From Thermoplasmata archaeon (lineage in GTDB: Archaea > Thermoplasmatota > Thermoplasmata > UBA10834): DNA of 64,000 bases. The DNA is taken from positions 2,415-66,414 of the forward strand of contig JAOTTD010000006.1 in NCBI GenBank assembly GCA_029864565.1, in the 5' to 3' direction. Below the pieces are notes generated by a model that did no database searches, had not been told where the DNA came from, and saw only the letters and a list, made by a program, of their open reading frames with translations. Shown piece after piece: positions 38,873 through 49,968 of this stretch. Numbering within the stretch: the stretch's first letter is position 1; each line of letters opens with the position of its first letter. The position numbers were made by a program, and so were the translations under genes.

Positions 38873-40759
38873 TTGTCATGCCTCAAGTGTGAGAGTGAAT
38901 GCGAAGAGGGCGCGCTTATATGCGGAGATTGCGCCGATGTGTGCTTCAGGGAAGCGCGGTTCTTCTTGACCCCTGTTCTAATCGGCCCGAGCCTCTACGC
39001 TAGACTCAGGTCCGAAGGGTCTATTGCCAGCATGTTGGGACCGACTGCCGATCGGGATGTTTCGCTCATCGCCTCTGCAGATGTCAGGAGGACCCTTCTG
39101 GACACGGCTATAGAGGGGCTGACCAAAGATGAGGCGAGGACTCTCGTAGATCTGTGCAACCGTACGCTCGCGCACATGGGCGTACCGCTCAAATACGAAC
39201 CTCCAATGATGGCGTTGACAGAGGATGCTGCAGACACTATAATGACAGTGATTCGTCTGATTGATGCACTGTCCGAAAGCGATGCCGATTTGCTGTCCAG
39301 CGATATCTGCCTGCGCCTGGGCGTCGTCTATTGGACCGCGTCGCACGGGGTATTGCTCAGGACCGCGAGCCGGTCATGGAGGGCTGAGAAGAAGGCCTAT
39401 CTTGTAGGTCGCGCGAAGGACTACTTCTCGAGGGTCGATGAGCGCGACGACCTCTTCTCCATCGCTGTCTGGAATCTAGGGATGCTGTGTTCTGAGAACG
39501 ACGACTGGGAAGAGGCCAAGCAGTATCTCGAGAAGACGCGGATGCACTTCCCGAGCGACAACAAGATTGCGGAGCGCTTGGTTAAGGCCGAACTCGAGCT
39601 CGGCAACCCTGTCGAAGCGTTGTCAATGGTGGACGAGATACTGGTCCAGTCAGTTTCAGCGCAGCTTTGGCTGCTGAAAGGGGACATACTGCTTAAGGTC
39701 GGCAGGAGCGAAGAGGCGCTCGAGTGCTTCAATCAGTCTCTCTCCTTGGACCCAGGTCTCATTGATGCTCACAACAGGCTGATTGCATCCCTCAGAACGA
39801 TGGGCAGGGACGAGGAGGCGACGTTGGCGGAGAGGCAGAGGATGATTTCGAGGACGCCTGGCATCGAAGAGAAGGTTCTGGACGTCATCGGAGAGCTCAC
39901 CCGCGCCCCCTCTCAGCCCACGCTGGCAAGGGCGCACATCAGGCAGATGGCCCGCGTCAAGAAGGACCTGGATGAGCCTATTGCCCCCCCTGTCACGGAA
40001 TCACCGTTGTCTCTGGCAATCGCCGCCCTCGAAGCGAAGGATTACGACCTCGCGATTCAACGCTCTCAGCATATTGTGGACGCCGATCCGAGCTCGAGGG
40101 AGGCAAACCTCCTGCTCATCGAGGCCATGGTGGAGGTTGGAGACTTATCTGGCGCTTCCGAACGTGTCCATGCGTTCTACGAGAGGAATCGAAACGACCC
40201 GTACGCATGGTACTGGCGCGGAATTGTAGCGGAGAAGGAGAGCAAGTGGGGCGCGGCGGTGCAGTACTTCAGCAAGGCCGTGACCATTGACCCTGAGCTG
40301 GCAGAGGCGTGGGCCGCCATGGGCGACACTTTGTTGGCCAACGAGAAGTACAACGGCGCAGATGAGAGCTACTCAAGAGCCTTGCAGATCGACGCCGACA
40401 ACGCGAAGGCATGGCTGGGAAAAGGGAAGACTATGCGCGCTCTCGGGAGATGGGGCGCGGCGATACAGTGTCTCGACAAGTACAACTCGATAGTGCCCAA
40501 CGACAGACAGGCATGGCTGCTCAAGGCGGACACACTCTTGGAGAAGGAGAAGTACCGTAGGGCTATTGACGCCTACAACAAGTACCTTGAGCTTTACCAG
40601 GACGACTCATATGCACTTGGACGAAAGGGGGCCGCTCTGAACTCAGTCGGCATGGTCGATGAGGCCATAGCCTGCCTGGAAGAGAGTGTGCGACTTGACC
40701 CGAACAACAAGGACGCGCTGAAGTTGCTCCGCGCGATAACCGACGGGGGGAGTGTGTAA
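38873..40759 (+). CDS. TPR repeat protein with N-terminal Zn ribbon
   Basis: CLKC..ICGDC; multiple TPRs (AW..KG..L..LG...EA); TTG start after GGAGG. Confidence 0.85.
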   Translation: MSCLKCESECEEGALICGDCADVCFREARFFLTPVLIGPSLYARLRSEGSIASMLGPTADRDVSLIASADVRRTLLDTAIEGLTKDEARTLVDLCNRTLAHMGVPLKYEPPMMALTEDAADTIMTVIRLIDALSESDADLLSSDICLRLGVVYWTASHGVLLRTASRSWRAEKKAYLVGRAKDYFSRVDERDDLFSIAVWNLGMLCSENDDWEEAKQYLEKTRMHFPSDNKIAERLVKAELELGNPVEALSMVDEILVQSVSAQLWLLKGDILLKVGRSEEALECFNQSLSLDPGLIDAHNRLIASLRTMGRDEEATLAERQRMISRTPGIEEKVLDVIGELTRAPSQPTLARAHIRQMARVKKDLDEPIAPPVTESPLSLAIAALEAKDYDLAIQRSQHIVDADPSSREANLLLIEAMVEVGDLSGASERVHAFYERNRNDPYAWYWRGIVAEKESKWGAAVQYFSKAVTIDPELAEAWAAMGDTLLANEKYNGADESYSRALQIDADNAKAWLGKGKTMRALGRWGAAIQCLDKYNSIVPNDRQAWLLKADTLLEKEKYRRAIDAYNKYLELYQDDSYALGRKGAALNSVGMVDEAIACLEESVRLDPNNKDALKLLRAITDGGSV

Positions 40760-43362
40760 TGGTCGAGTTGGACCGCATTCTGAGCGAACGGTCTGACGAG
40801 CGAATACTGGCGGCCCTGCACGCCGTCTCCGATTCGGAGTTCTACAGATTCGCCGAGCGCGTGCTAGGCTACATCGGCCTCAAGATAATGAAGAAACGCA
40901 CCAAAGGGGATTTCATCATCGCGGATTGCGTACACAGGCCGGATGGCGAAAACTACGTGGCATTCCTGTCCAGGCGCCACGAGCCGGTCTCGAAACAGTC
41001 CGTCGAAAGCCTCGTCTCCTACATGAAGAGAGTGGGCGCCTCGAAGGGATTGGTTTTGTCATCCTCGTCGATAGTGAGCGGCGCGGTCAAGGTGGCCGAG
41101 GCAAATGACGTAGAGGTCGCCGACGGGCCAAAACTCGCGGCTCTGATACGCCGGTTCGATCTGGACCGGGAGTTGGCTAAGGGGGCGGAGATAGCTAGCG
41201 AGCACAGCGCGAGGTTTGGGGAATCAGAGGATTTGGAGGAATCGGTCGCCCAGAAGATGGCAGACGGCTTTGACGCACTGTCCAACAAGAATTTCCTCAA
41301 GGCATTGGAGTACGTCGACCAAGTGATTCTATCCAACGATGATCTCGATACGGCTTGGCGATTCAAGGCAACCGTCCTGGACGAGATGGGTTATCACGAG
41401 CAGGCACTTGAATGCTACAGACACGCCCTGGACATCAATAGGGACAGCGACGAGACCTGGTTCGCGCTGGCCAACTGCCTCTTCTCCCTGTCAAGACACG
41501 AGGAGGAGCTGAAATGCTACAGCCGAGCGCTCGCGCTCAACCCTCTCAACCTCAAAGCGCTAATCAACAAAGGATTTACCCTTCATAGACTCGGCAGATA
41601 CCAGGAGGCGCTGGACGTATATGACGAGGTGCTCAGGAGGAACTATCGCCTGGAGAAGGTCCACAACAACCGAGGAGTCACCCTTCATAGACTGGGCCGT
41701 CTAGATGACTCATTGGAGGCCTACGATCACGCCCTGGCGCTTCGCCATGGGTATGTCGAAGCGCTTGTGAACCGGGGCAACCTGCTGGTCGAAATGGAGC
41801 GATTCGAAGACGCTTTGGCCGCATTCACTCAGGTGACAGAGGTCCAGCCAGACATGCCAAGAGGATGGCGCTTGCGAGGAGCCGTCGCGCTCAAGCTCGA
41901 AAGGAAGTCCGATGCGAAGAGATCTTTCGAGGAGGCGCTCAGACTCGACGAGGGCGACGCAGAGGCCAAGATGGCGCTCGAGGAGCTCAAGAGCACCGCC
42001 GATGGCAGGTTCGTGGAAGCACCGAGGCTCGTGGAAGAGATATTCTCACTGAAGGCGGAAGAGGCTTCTTCCGAACCTTTGGAGCCCGAGCCAGCAGCCG
42101 AGGACTTGCTGTTAGATGAGAAGACCGGACCGATTGAGCAGCTCGTCGAGGAGCTCTATGGCGACCGCGCGGAACTTCTACTTCTTCTTGGAAGATTGGA
42201 CGAGGCTCACGATTACCTGAGCAAATCATTGAGGCTGGAGGGAGAGAATCCACGTCTTTTGACCGCAGCCGGAAACGTGCTCTTCAGGCAGGGCAGGTTC
42301 GAGGCGGCGATAAAGACCTACGAGCAAGCATACGCGGCAGATCATGGCTTCGTACCCGCCCTCTACAACCTTCATATGGCCCTTCTAGTCGCGGGTGAGA
42401 GTGAGTGGGCCGTCAGGGTGAGCAAGTCGCTTAGGGAGTCTTCCCGGGGATGGCAGGCCCGCGCGGCGTCGGCGATAGAGGCTGTGAAGCGCAAGGACTA
42501 CAATCGCGCCATCGAGGATGTCGAAGTGGCCCTCGCAATTGAGAATCTGTCCACGTTGCGCAATTTCAAAGGAGTGCTGCAACTCCTCTCGGATGATTAT
42601 GATGGCGCCATCGAGACATTCACAAGGCTCACAACCGGGGCCTTCGATCCATCAGAAGCCCACAACAACCTTGGAGTCGTGATTCTCAAGAAGGGTGATT
42701 GGGAGGACGCAGGTGCGCAATTCGAAAGGTCCATGAAGCTGCGCAAGGGCAACCCCACGGCGTGGAACAACCGTGGGTGTGTGCTGTACAAGGAGGAGCG
42801 ACTCAGGGAGGCGATAGCGTGCTTTGAGGAGTCTCTCGTGATCAACCCGACGACGGTCGCGATGAACAACAAGGGCTTCACGCAGCTGTCGTTGGACATG
42901 CTCGAGGACGCAGTCAGATCGTTCGAGCAGTCCCTCAAGATAATGGAGACTCCAGAGGCGTTCAACAGCAAAGGAATCGCCCTCGTTAGACTGAACCGTT
43001 TCGACGAAGCCATAGTGGCGTTTAGGGAGGCTCTCAGGATCGCACCTGAGTTCGATGATGCGAATGCAAATCTCCGTGACGCGCTCGTGCAGAGGTCGGC
43101 GCCAATTCCCGAGGTGAAGGAACCCCTTCCGCCTCCACCTCCGCCCCCGCCGCTCCCAGCACCCGTTAGGGTTAAGAAGCGCGTGGACTACAACAAGGCG
43201 AAGATGGAGCTACTGAGATATGAAAACGCGAAGACCCTGAAGGATAAGAAGAAGTCCGAGCTCGAGGCCATGTGCATAGCGGTCGATGCGAGCTCAAGAG
43301 GGACCAAGAAGGAGCTAGTAGGGCGCCTGCTGAAAGAGAAGAGGCGACTGCTAAAGAGGTAG
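40759..43362 (+). CDS. Mrr-like (degenerate) domain + TPR repeats + polyproline + SAP-like domain protein
   Basis: N-terminal GASKGLVLSSS..VADGPKLAALI Mrr-type C-terminal motif; many TPRs; LPPPPPPPPLP; SELEAMC..SSRGTKKELVGRL. Confidence 0.82.
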   Translation: MVELDRILSERSDERILAALHAVSDSEFYRFAERVLGYIGLKIMKKRTKGDFIIADCVHRPDGENYVAFLSRRHEPVSKQSVESLVSYMKRVGASKGLVLSSSSIVSGAVKVAEANDVEVADGPKLAALIRRFDLDRELAKGAEIASEHSARFGESEDLEESVAQKMADGFDALSNKNFLKALEYVDQVILSNDDLDTAWRFKATVLDEMGYHEQALECYRHALDINRDSDETWFALANCLFSLSRHEEELKCYSRALALNPLNLKALINKGFTLHRLGRYQEALDVYDEVLRRNYRLEKVHNNRGVTLHRLGRLDDSLEAYDHALALRHGYVEALVNRGNLLVEMERFEDALAAFTQVTEVQPDMPRGWRLRGAVALKLERKSDAKRSFEEALRLDEGDAEAKMALEELKSTADGRFVEAPRLVEEIFSLKAEEASSEPLEPEPAAEDLLLDEKTGPIEQLVEELYGDRAELLLLLGRLDEAHDYLSKSLRLEGENPRLLTAAGNVLFRQGRFEAAIKTYEQAYAADHGFVPALYNLHMALLVAGESEWAVRVSKSLRESSRGWQARAASAIEAVKRKDYNRAIEDVEVALAIENLSTLRNFKGVLQLLSDDYDGAIETFTRLTTGAFDPSEAHNNLGVVILKKGDWEDAGAQFERSMKLRKGNPTAWNNRGCVLYKEERLREAIACFEESLVINPTTVAMNNKGFTQLSLDMLEDAVRSFEQSLKIMETPEAFNSKGIALVRLNRFDEAIVAFREALRIAPEFDDANANLRDALVQRSAPIPEVKEPLPPPPPPPPLPAPVRVKKRVDYNKAKMELLRYENAKTLKDKKKSELEAMCIAVDASSRGTKKELVGRLLKEKRRLLKR

Positions 43363-43396
43363 CCGAAATCGCCCGCTCGTCAAAACGGCGAAAGTC

Positions 43397-43642
43397 CTAC
43401 GCGATGTTCATAACGACGACGTCTCGCACCGCCCTCATTTCGCTGAAAGGCAGCACGAGTCTACCGTCGGAATCCGTCTTGAACAGTCTCGGCTCTATCT
43501 CCTCGGCCGGAATGACGAGAACGTTCTGCAGCTCGCCCGTCTTCGTGTCTATGAGGAAATTCTCTATCATGCCGAGTATCTGGCCATCGTTTGTCATCAC
43601 TGTCTTGCCCTTCAGCTCGGTAATGAACTTGCGCATTGTCAT
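43397..43642 (-). CDS. PRC-barrel protein (CdpB-like)
   Basis: LKGKTVMTNDGQILGMIENFLIDTKTGEL..LPFSEMRAVRDVVVM. Confidence 0.9.
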   Translation of the reverse strand: MTMRKFITELKGKTVMTNDGQILGMIENFLIDTKTGELQNVLVIPAEEIEPRLFKTDSDGRLVLPFSEMRAVRDVVVMNIA

Positions 43643-43654
43643 CCCATCTCCAAA

Positions 43655-45877
43655 CTACCTGTAGTAGCCAAGGCTGTTATCATCTTTGGCCCTCTTAGAC
43701 ATTGCGGTCGTCATCTCCTGGACGAGTGATTCGTAGATTTTGGCGGTCTCCTTGTCCGTTGAAGCTCTAACGAGCTTCATGGCTCCCTCGAAGTGATCCG
43801 GTGTCACAGTCTTCGCCTCTCTGTTCTCTCGCAGAGAGATCATAGCCGCCTCGCGGCAGAGATTCTCTATGTCCGCGCCCACGTATCCTTCGAGGCGGCT
43901 TGCGAGGGATTTCAGGTCCACATTCTTCAGGGGCATGTCTCGAGTATGTACTTCGAGTATCTTCAGCCTCGTCTCCTCCTCAGGGAGCGGCGTCAGAAGC
44001 AGCTTGTCGAACCTTCCAGGGCGCAGGAGCGCCTTGTCGAGTATGTCTGGCCTGTTCGTGGCCGCTATGACGAACACCCCGCTCATCGTTTCCAGTCCGT
44101 CCATGGAGGTCAGCAGTTGGTTGACCACTCGCTCGGTCGCGCCCGAATCGAAATGGCTTCCGCGTCGTGGGGCGATTGCGTCGATCTCGTCCAGGAACAC
44201 AATGGATGGGGCCACTTGCTTGGCCTTCTTGAATATCATCCTTATTGCCTTCTCACTCTCCCCGACCCATTTGGACATCATCTCCGGACCTTTGATCGAG
44301 ATGAAGTTCGCCTTAGACTCGTTTGCCACTGCGCGGGCGATCAAGGTCTTGCCAGTTCCAGGTGCGCCGAAGAGCAAGATTCCGCTGGGCGGCCGTATCC
44401 CAAGGCGGGAGAACGCCTCTGGGTCTTCGAGGGGCAGCTCTATAGCCTCGTTCAGCGCCTCCTTCACGCTGCCCAGACCGCCAACGTCTTCCCACGACAC
44501 CTTTGGTATCTCAACCAGGACTTCGCGCATTGCACTCGGCTCTATCTCCCTGAGGGCGTCCATGAAGTCCTGAGCGGTCACCCGCATCTTCTCCAGTATC
44601 TCGGTAGATATGGGTTTGCCGAATTCGATATCAGGGAGATAACGCCTCAGCGCGCGCATGGCGCTCTCCCGGGCTAGCGCTGCCAGGTCCGCACCAACGA
44701 ATCCGTGTGTGATCTCAGCAATCCTGTCCAGCTTCACATCCTTCTCGAGCGGCATGCCTCTAGTGTGAATCATAAGGATCTCCAGTCGTCCTTCCGCCGT
44801 GGGCACACCTATTTCGATTTCTCTGTCGAATCTTCCGGGCCTTCTCAGGGCCGGATCGATCGCACCCTCTCTGTTTGTCGCAGCTATGACTATCACATTG
44901 CCTCTCGATGTGAGGCCGTCCATGAGCGTCAGCAGCTGAGCCACCACGCGGCGTTCAACCTCGCCTTGGACCTCGTCTCTCTTGGGCGCGATCGAGTCCA
45001 CCTCATCGATGAATATCACTGACGGCGCGTTCTTCTCCGCCTCCGCGAACATCTCGCGGAGCCGTTCCTCGCTTTGGCCGTAAAATTTCGACATTATCTC
45101 CGGACCCTGTATTGCGTGGAAGTTGGCCCCCGCCTCGCTTGCGACAGCCCTGGCGATGAGCGTCTTGCCTGTCCCCGGAGAGCCGTAGAGCAGAATTCCC
45201 TTCGGAGGATCGATACCGAGTCTGGAGAATATCTCAGGGTGCTTGAGCGGGAGCTCGATCATCTCCCTTATCCTGAGCAGCTCACCCTCGAGTCCTCCCA
45301 CGTCCTCGTATGTGACAGAGGGTCTTGTGAGTTCGGAGACCTCGATTGGCTCGGTTCGCACGGACAGTTCCGTGAAATCTCCAATCTGGACGATTCCATT
45401 TGGCGTCGTCGAAGCCACGACAAACGGCAGGAATCCTCCCATCAACGCTATGTTGGGGATTATGATCTCGTCGCCTTTCACAACCGCACGGTTGAGAAGC
45501 CCTTTCTTGAAGAGCCCTTCGACACCCTGTCCGAATCTGACCCTCTTGCCGTGCGGTATCTTCGGTGCAACTATGACCTTCTTCGCTGAGTTTGCATCCG
45601 CCTTCTTCACAGCGACCTTCTCACCAATGGACACGCCGGCGTTGCCTCGAATCATGCCGTCGATCCTTATGATGCTCTTCCCCTCGTCCTCGTGCGCCGC
45701 GCGGAAGACCTTCGCTGCCGTCTTCTTCTTGCCGATTATCTCGATGATCTCTCCGACGTCGATATTGAGAACCTTTCTCGTATCGCCGTCAATACGTGCA
45801 CGCCCAAGGCCGACTTCCGATTGATGATGTGCACGCGCCACCTTCAACGTGACAGCGTCCACGGGTTTCTTCGTCAT
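43655..45877 (-). CDS. cdc48: Cdc48/VAT AAA+ ATPase
   Basis: Two AAA domains ([16 protein letters not shown]), RPGRFD twice, C-terminal YYR HbYX motif; start ATG 45877. Confidence 0.96.
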   Translation of the reverse strand: MTKKPVDAVTLKVARAHHQSEVGLGRARIDGDTRKVLNIDVGEIIEIIGKKKTAAKVFRAAHEDEGKSIIRIDGMIRGNAGVSIGEKVAVKKADANSAKKVIVAPKIPHGKRVRFGQGVEGLFKKGLLNRAVVKGDEIIIPNIALMGGFLPFVVASTTPNGIVQIGDFTELSVRTEPIEVSELTRPSVTYEDVGGLEGELLRIREMIELPLKHPEIFSRLGIDPPKGILLYGSPGTGKTLIARAVASEAGANFHAIQGPEIMSKFYGQSEERLREMFAEAEKNAPSVIFIDEVDSIAPKRDEVQGEVERRVVAQLLTLMDGLTSRGNVIVIAATNREGAIDPALRRPGRFDREIEIGVPTAEGRLEILMIHTRGMPLEKDVKLDRIAEITHGFVGADLAALARESAMRALRRYLPDIEFGKPISTEILEKMRVTAQDFMDALREIEPSAMREVLVEIPKVSWEDVGGLGSVKEALNEAIELPLEDPEAFSRLGIRPPSGILLFGAPGTGKTLIARAVANESKANFISIKGPEMMSKWVGESEKAIRMIFKKAKQVAPSIVFLDEIDAIAPRRGSHFDSGATERVVNQLLTSMDGLETMSGVFVIAATNRPDILDKALLRPGRFDKLLLTPLPEEETRLKILEVHTRDMPLKNVDLKSLASRLEGYVGADIENLCREAAMISLRENREAKTVTPDHFEGAMKLVRASTDKETAKIYESLVQEMTTAMSKRAKDDNSLGYYR

Positions 45878-46122
45878 CTGACGCGTAATCCTTCGGCCTG
45901 TCCAAAAACCTTTGGATGTCTCGCAGCCTAGCGATGGACGGTCGTAGGGGCGTAGTTTGCCGCCCTCCGATGCCCGCATTTCGTCGATATTGGTGCACCA
46001 TTTTGCCGCAGTATGTCGCAGACATCCGTGGCCGTTTAACTTCCTAATCCATCAGCTTGTTCAGGGTTGGTTAGAAAGTCTTAAAATGCCACCACCTATT
46101 CGAAAGGTAACGAGGCTTTAGG

Positions 46123-47007
46123 ATGTACGAGGTTCGTTTCCACGGCCGAGGCGGCCAAGGGGCGGTGATGGCCGCACAGGCGCTCGCAAGTGCGGCGCAC
46201 GCGGAGGGGGGATATGCAACTGCCTTTCCCTTCTTCGGTGCTGAGAGACGCGGAGCACCAGTTCTTGCCTTCACACGGATAGATGAGAAGAGGATCTATC
46301 GGAAGACACAGGTCTACGAACCTGATTTCGTGGTGGTATTGGACGAAGGCCTTCTCGAATCTGTCAATGTGGTCGAGGGGCTCAAAAAGGGCGGTGTGGT
46401 CCTCGTCAATTCCACTAGAAAACCAGAAGAGATCGATGTGGGAATCGACACGAAACTCGCTACCGTTGACGCGACTAGTGTCGCGCTCGAGGTCCTCAAG
46501 CAGCCGGCGACCAACTCCTCCATTCTTGGAGCATTGGCAAAGGCGACCGGTCTGGTCAAGATAGAGTCCATAGAGATGGGGATAATGCAGGTCTTCGGCG
46601 ACAGACTAGGACCGAAGATAGGGGAAAAGAACGCCAGAGCCGCACGCGTCGCTTTTGAGAGGACTGTCGTCGGAGAGTCTCATGGAAAGCGAGTCCTGAA
46701 AACCGCTGAGAAGTGGCTCCCTGACGTGAACAATCTCCCAATGGGCGTCGCGGGCGTCGCAATGAAGACGACCGCCGGAGCGGTCGGCCCTGGTTCGTTC
46801 TTGGAGAACAAGACGGGCAGTTGGAAGGTGTTCAAGCCTGAATACGACGAGGAGAAGTGCACCATGTGCAACTTCTGCTGGTTCTACTGCCCTGAGGGGT
46901 GCATATACAGGAAAGACGACCGGATGGAGTTCGATATGGATTACTGCAAGGGCTGCGGAATCTGTGCGAACGAGTGCCCAGCCGAGGCAATCAATATGGT
47001 GAGGTGA
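46123..47007 (+). CDS. Pyruvate/2-oxoacid:ferredoxin oxidoreductase, fused gamma-delta subunit
   Basis: [18 protein letters not shown]; KTGSW + two CxxCxxCxxxCP motifs. Confidence 0.93.
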   Translation: MYEVRFHGRGGQGAVMAAQALASAAHAEGGYATAFPFFGAERRGAPVLAFTRIDEKRIYRKTQVYEPDFVVVLDEGLLESVNVVEGLKKGGVVLVNSTRKPEEIDVGIDTKLATVDATSVALEVLKQPATNSSILGALAKATGLVKIESIEMGIMQVFGDRLGPKIGEKNARAARVAFERTVVGESHGKRVLKTAEKWLPDVNNLPMGVAGVAMKTTAGAVGPGSFLENKTGSWKVFKPEYDEEKCTMCNFCWFYCPEGCIYRKDDRMEFDMDYCKGCGICANECPAEAINMVR

Positions 47008-47009
47008 GG

Positions 47010-48194
47010 TTGGTGGTATCTAAGATATGCACCGGTAACTACGCAGCTGCCTACGGGTCAATGCGGTCCAGGGCCAGAACCGTAGCGGCATATCCAATCA
47101 CGCCTCAGACGTTCATAGTTGAGCACATATCAGAGTTCATAAACAACGGAGAGATGGACTGCGAGTATATCGAGGTGGAAAGCGAACACTCCGCCATGAG
47201 CGCTTGCGTGTCTGCGAGCGCCTCTGGAGTGCGGACATTCACGGCGACTTCCTCTCAGGGACTCGCGCTGATGCACGAGATTCTCCCGATAGCTAGCGGC
47301 ATGAGGTTGCCCGTGGTTATGGCCGTCGTCAACCGGGCCATCGCCGCGCCTATCAACATCTGGGTCGAGCACAACGACATCATGCCCGAGAGGGACTCAG
47401 GATGGATCCAGGTGTTCTGCGACAACAACCAAGAAGTCCAGGACATGGTCCTACAAGCTTATCGGATTGCGGAGGACAAGCGCGTGTCACTACCTATGGC
47501 AGTCTGTCTGGATGCGTTCATATTGTCGCATACGGTCGAGCCGGTCCATCTGATCGACCAGGATGCGGCCGACAAGTTCGTGCCTCAGTACAAACCCACA
47601 GGACCGATACTGGATCCTGATGATGTTGCCGCCGTCGGCGTCTTCACTCCGCCAGATTACATGATGGAATGCAGGTGGCAGACGGACAAGGCAATGAGGG
47701 ACGCGGTTGCGGTTATCAAGGAAGTCAACGACACGTTCGCAAAGCAGTTCGGCCGGGATCACGGTGGCATGATAGACCCGTACTTGGTCGACGACGCTGA
47801 GGTGGTGCTGATTACCATGGGCACAGCGAGTTCGACGGCTCACGAAGTCGTGGACGATCTGAGGGCAGAGGGAAAGAAGGTCGGCCTCGTCAAACTGCGG
47901 TTCTGGCGCCCCTATCCTACGGACGATCTCAGAAAGATCGCCGAGAAGGTCAAGGCGGTCGGTGTGTTCGATCGGGCTGTTTCATACGGCGTAGGTGGCC
48001 CTTCATTCGTGGAGTTCAAGAGTGCCGCGTTCGGCTTAAACCTGCCAGTTATGAACTTCATAGGCGGGTTGGGCGGCAGAGACGTGTCGTTGCAGGACGT
48101 TCGGTTCATGTACGAACAGCTGCTTGAAGCGGCGAAGACCGGTAAGGCCAAACGCGATATCACTTGGATCGGAACGCGGGGGGTGGAGCAGTGA
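47010..48194 (+). CDS. porA: Pyruvate/2-oxoacid:ferredoxin oxidoreductase alpha subunit
   Basis: AAYPITPQT, ESEHSA, TATSSQGL, GLGGRD. Confidence 0.93.
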   Translation: MVVSKICTGNYAAAYGSMRSRARTVAAYPITPQTFIVEHISEFINNGEMDCEYIEVESEHSAMSACVSASASGVRTFTATSSQGLALMHEILPIASGMRLPVVMAVVNRAIAAPINIWVEHNDIMPERDSGWIQVFCDNNQEVQDMVLQAYRIAEDKRVSLPMAVCLDAFILSHTVEPVHLIDQDAADKFVPQYKPTGPILDPDDVAAVGVFTPPDYMMECRWQTDKAMRDAVAVIKEVNDTFAKQFGRDHGGMIDPYLVDDAEVVLITMGTASSTAHEVVDDLRAEGKKVGLVKLRFWRPYPTDDLRKIAEKVKAVGVFDRAVSYGVGGPSFVEFKSAAFGLNLPVMNFIGGLGGRDVSLQDVRFMYEQLLEAAKTGKAKRDITWIGTRGVEQ

Positions 48195-49081
48195 AGCTCA
48201 AGGAATTGCCCGATGAGGAACTGTTCACGCGCGGACACACCGCTTGCGCGGGCTGTGGGGCGGCAACCGCCGTCCGCAACCTCATGAAGATTCTCGGAAA
48301 GAACACGATGGTCGTCAATCCCGCCTGTTGCCTGCTCATATTCGGCGCGACTTATCCGTACCTCGCTTGGAAGGTTCCGTTCCATCACGTAGCGTTCGAG
48401 AACACCGCGGCATGCGCGACTGGCATGACCAGGGCCTTGAGGGTGAGAGGAAAGGAAGACACGTTGGTGATGGGCATCGCTGGCGACGGCGGGACTGCAG
48501 ACATCGGGATACAGGCGCTTTCAGGAGCAGCAGAGAGAAATGAGGACATGTTGTACGTCATGTACGACAACGAGGCCTACATGAACACTGGGATTCAGCG
48601 TTCCGGCTCGACACCGTTCGGCGCATGGACGACCACGACCCCTGTTGGCAAGGTCAAGGCTGGAAAAGCCGATTTCAAGAAGGATATGCCCCTGATCATG
48701 ATGGCCCACAATGTGCCCTATGTCGCGACGGCCTCCGTAGGCAACATACAGGATTTCATCAACAAGTTCGAGAAGGCCAAGAAGATGAAGGGTTTCAGAT
48801 ACATCCAGATCTTCACGCCGTGTCCCACGGGATGGAGGCACGACACCGCCAAGACGATAGAGATAGCCAAGCTGGCGGTCGAAACCGGCATGTGGACTCT
48901 GTATGAGTGCGAGAACGGCAAGGTCAAGATAAACCGCAAGCCGAAGATGACTCCGATATCGGAGTATCTGAAGCTCCAGGGTCGTTTCAGACACATGAAG
49001 GAGGACGACATCAAGAAGCTGCAGGACTGGGTCACTCGCAAGTGGGAAGCGGACGAGAAGTACGCACAATGTAGACAGTAG
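48191..49081 (+). CDS. porB: Pyruvate/2-oxoacid:ferredoxin oxidoreductase beta subunit
   Basis: GHTACAGCG, GDGG..DIG, YDNEAYMNTGIQ, PCPTGW. Confidence 0.93.
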   Translation: MKLKELPDEELFTRGHTACAGCGAATAVRNLMKILGKNTMVVNPACCLLIFGATYPYLAWKVPFHHVAFENTAACATGMTRALRVRGKEDTLVMGIAGDGGTADIGIQALSGAAERNEDMLYVMYDNEAYMNTGIQRSGSTPFGAWTTTTPVGKVKAGKADFKKDMPLIMMAHNVPYVATASVGNIQDFINKFEKAKKMKGFRYIQIFTPCPTGWRHDTAKTIEIAKLAVETGMWTLYECENGKVKINRKPKMTPISEYLKLQGRFRHMKEDDIKKLQDWVTRKWEADEKYAQCRQ

Positions 49082-49107
49082 AAACCAGTCAATCGCCTCG
49101 GCCGATA

Positions 49108-49968
49108 TCAACGTATGGACTTCTTCATCTCAAATTGCTTCAGAGTGACTGCGAAGTCAAACTTATCGAGCATCCTACGCGTAGCCATGTCATCGTTCAC
49201 GTTGTATATCGCGATCTTGAAAGCACCAAGCTCCCATAGCCTGTTGATAGCGAACTTGGCCAGTGATGTGCCCACGCCTCGCCGTCTCATGTCGGGCAGA
49301 ACCCCTATGAATGGTATGAACCCCGTCGTTCCTGCCCGTCTCAGCATGACGAACCCGCCATCGACGGCATAGGTTTCGCAAGTCCTGCCAGACTCTGCCA
49401 GTGCTGCAGACTTTCTCCTCTGCCAGCAATTATCGGTGTAGATGAGCCTGTGGCTCTCCTCTACGTCTTCGAGTCTGCCCCTCTCCGGCGCCGGGCCGAA
49501 TCCAGCAAACCGGGCCGATTGCCCCTCTGCAGATAGATAGGTTCTTCGTTCCGTGTATCCCAAGTTGTGATACAGGTTCAAGGCCGGTGTGTTTCCGTCG
49601 ATGACCTCAAGGAGTATTTCTTCCGCGCCCCTTTCGCGGACGTCCTCCTCGGCGGCACGCATCAGTCGCTTGCCGATGCCAGATCCGCGGTACTCGGGAA
49701 TCACTCCCAGCCCGCCTATCCAGGCCTCCTTGTCATCGACGATGGGGTTGACATAACCGACGATTGCCCCGTTGTGAACTGCAACAATCACATCCTCAAT
49801 ATTGCCCCCGACTGAACGAGTGAAATCCTGGAAGAACTGCACCGAAGACTTCAGGGGGATGATGTAGTCTGCGAAGATCTTGTTCTGAGCGTCTACGAGG
49901 TCCTCCAGTGGCCTTTTGTCGAGATGAGAGATCTCCAGATTATCCACTTTGATGTCGCGAGCAATCAT
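49108..49968 (-). CDS. Tandem GNAT acetyltransferase
   Basis: VIPEYRGSGIG and VLPDMRRRGVG acetyl-CoA motifs. Confidence 0.9.
   Translation of the reverse strand: MIARDIKVDNLEISHLDKRPLEDLVDAQNKIFADYIIPLKSSVQFFQDFTRSVGGNIEDVIVAVHNGAIVGYVNPIVDDKEAWIGGLGVIPEYRGSGIGKRLMRAAEEDVRERGAEEILLEVIDGNTPALNLYHNLGYTERRTYLSAEGQSARFAGFGPAPERGRLEDVEESHRLIYTDNCWQRRKSAALAESGRTCETYAVDGGFVMLRRAGTTGFIPFIGVLPDMRRRGVGTSLAKFAINRLWELGAFKIAIYNVNDDMATRRMLDKFDFAVTLKQFEMKKSIR

Noticed and set aside
43793-45824. Long antisense ORFs over cdc48 (also over eno, lysS and the his genes)
   Set aside because: Expected from GC-rich codon bias on the coding strand; no domain-like motifs
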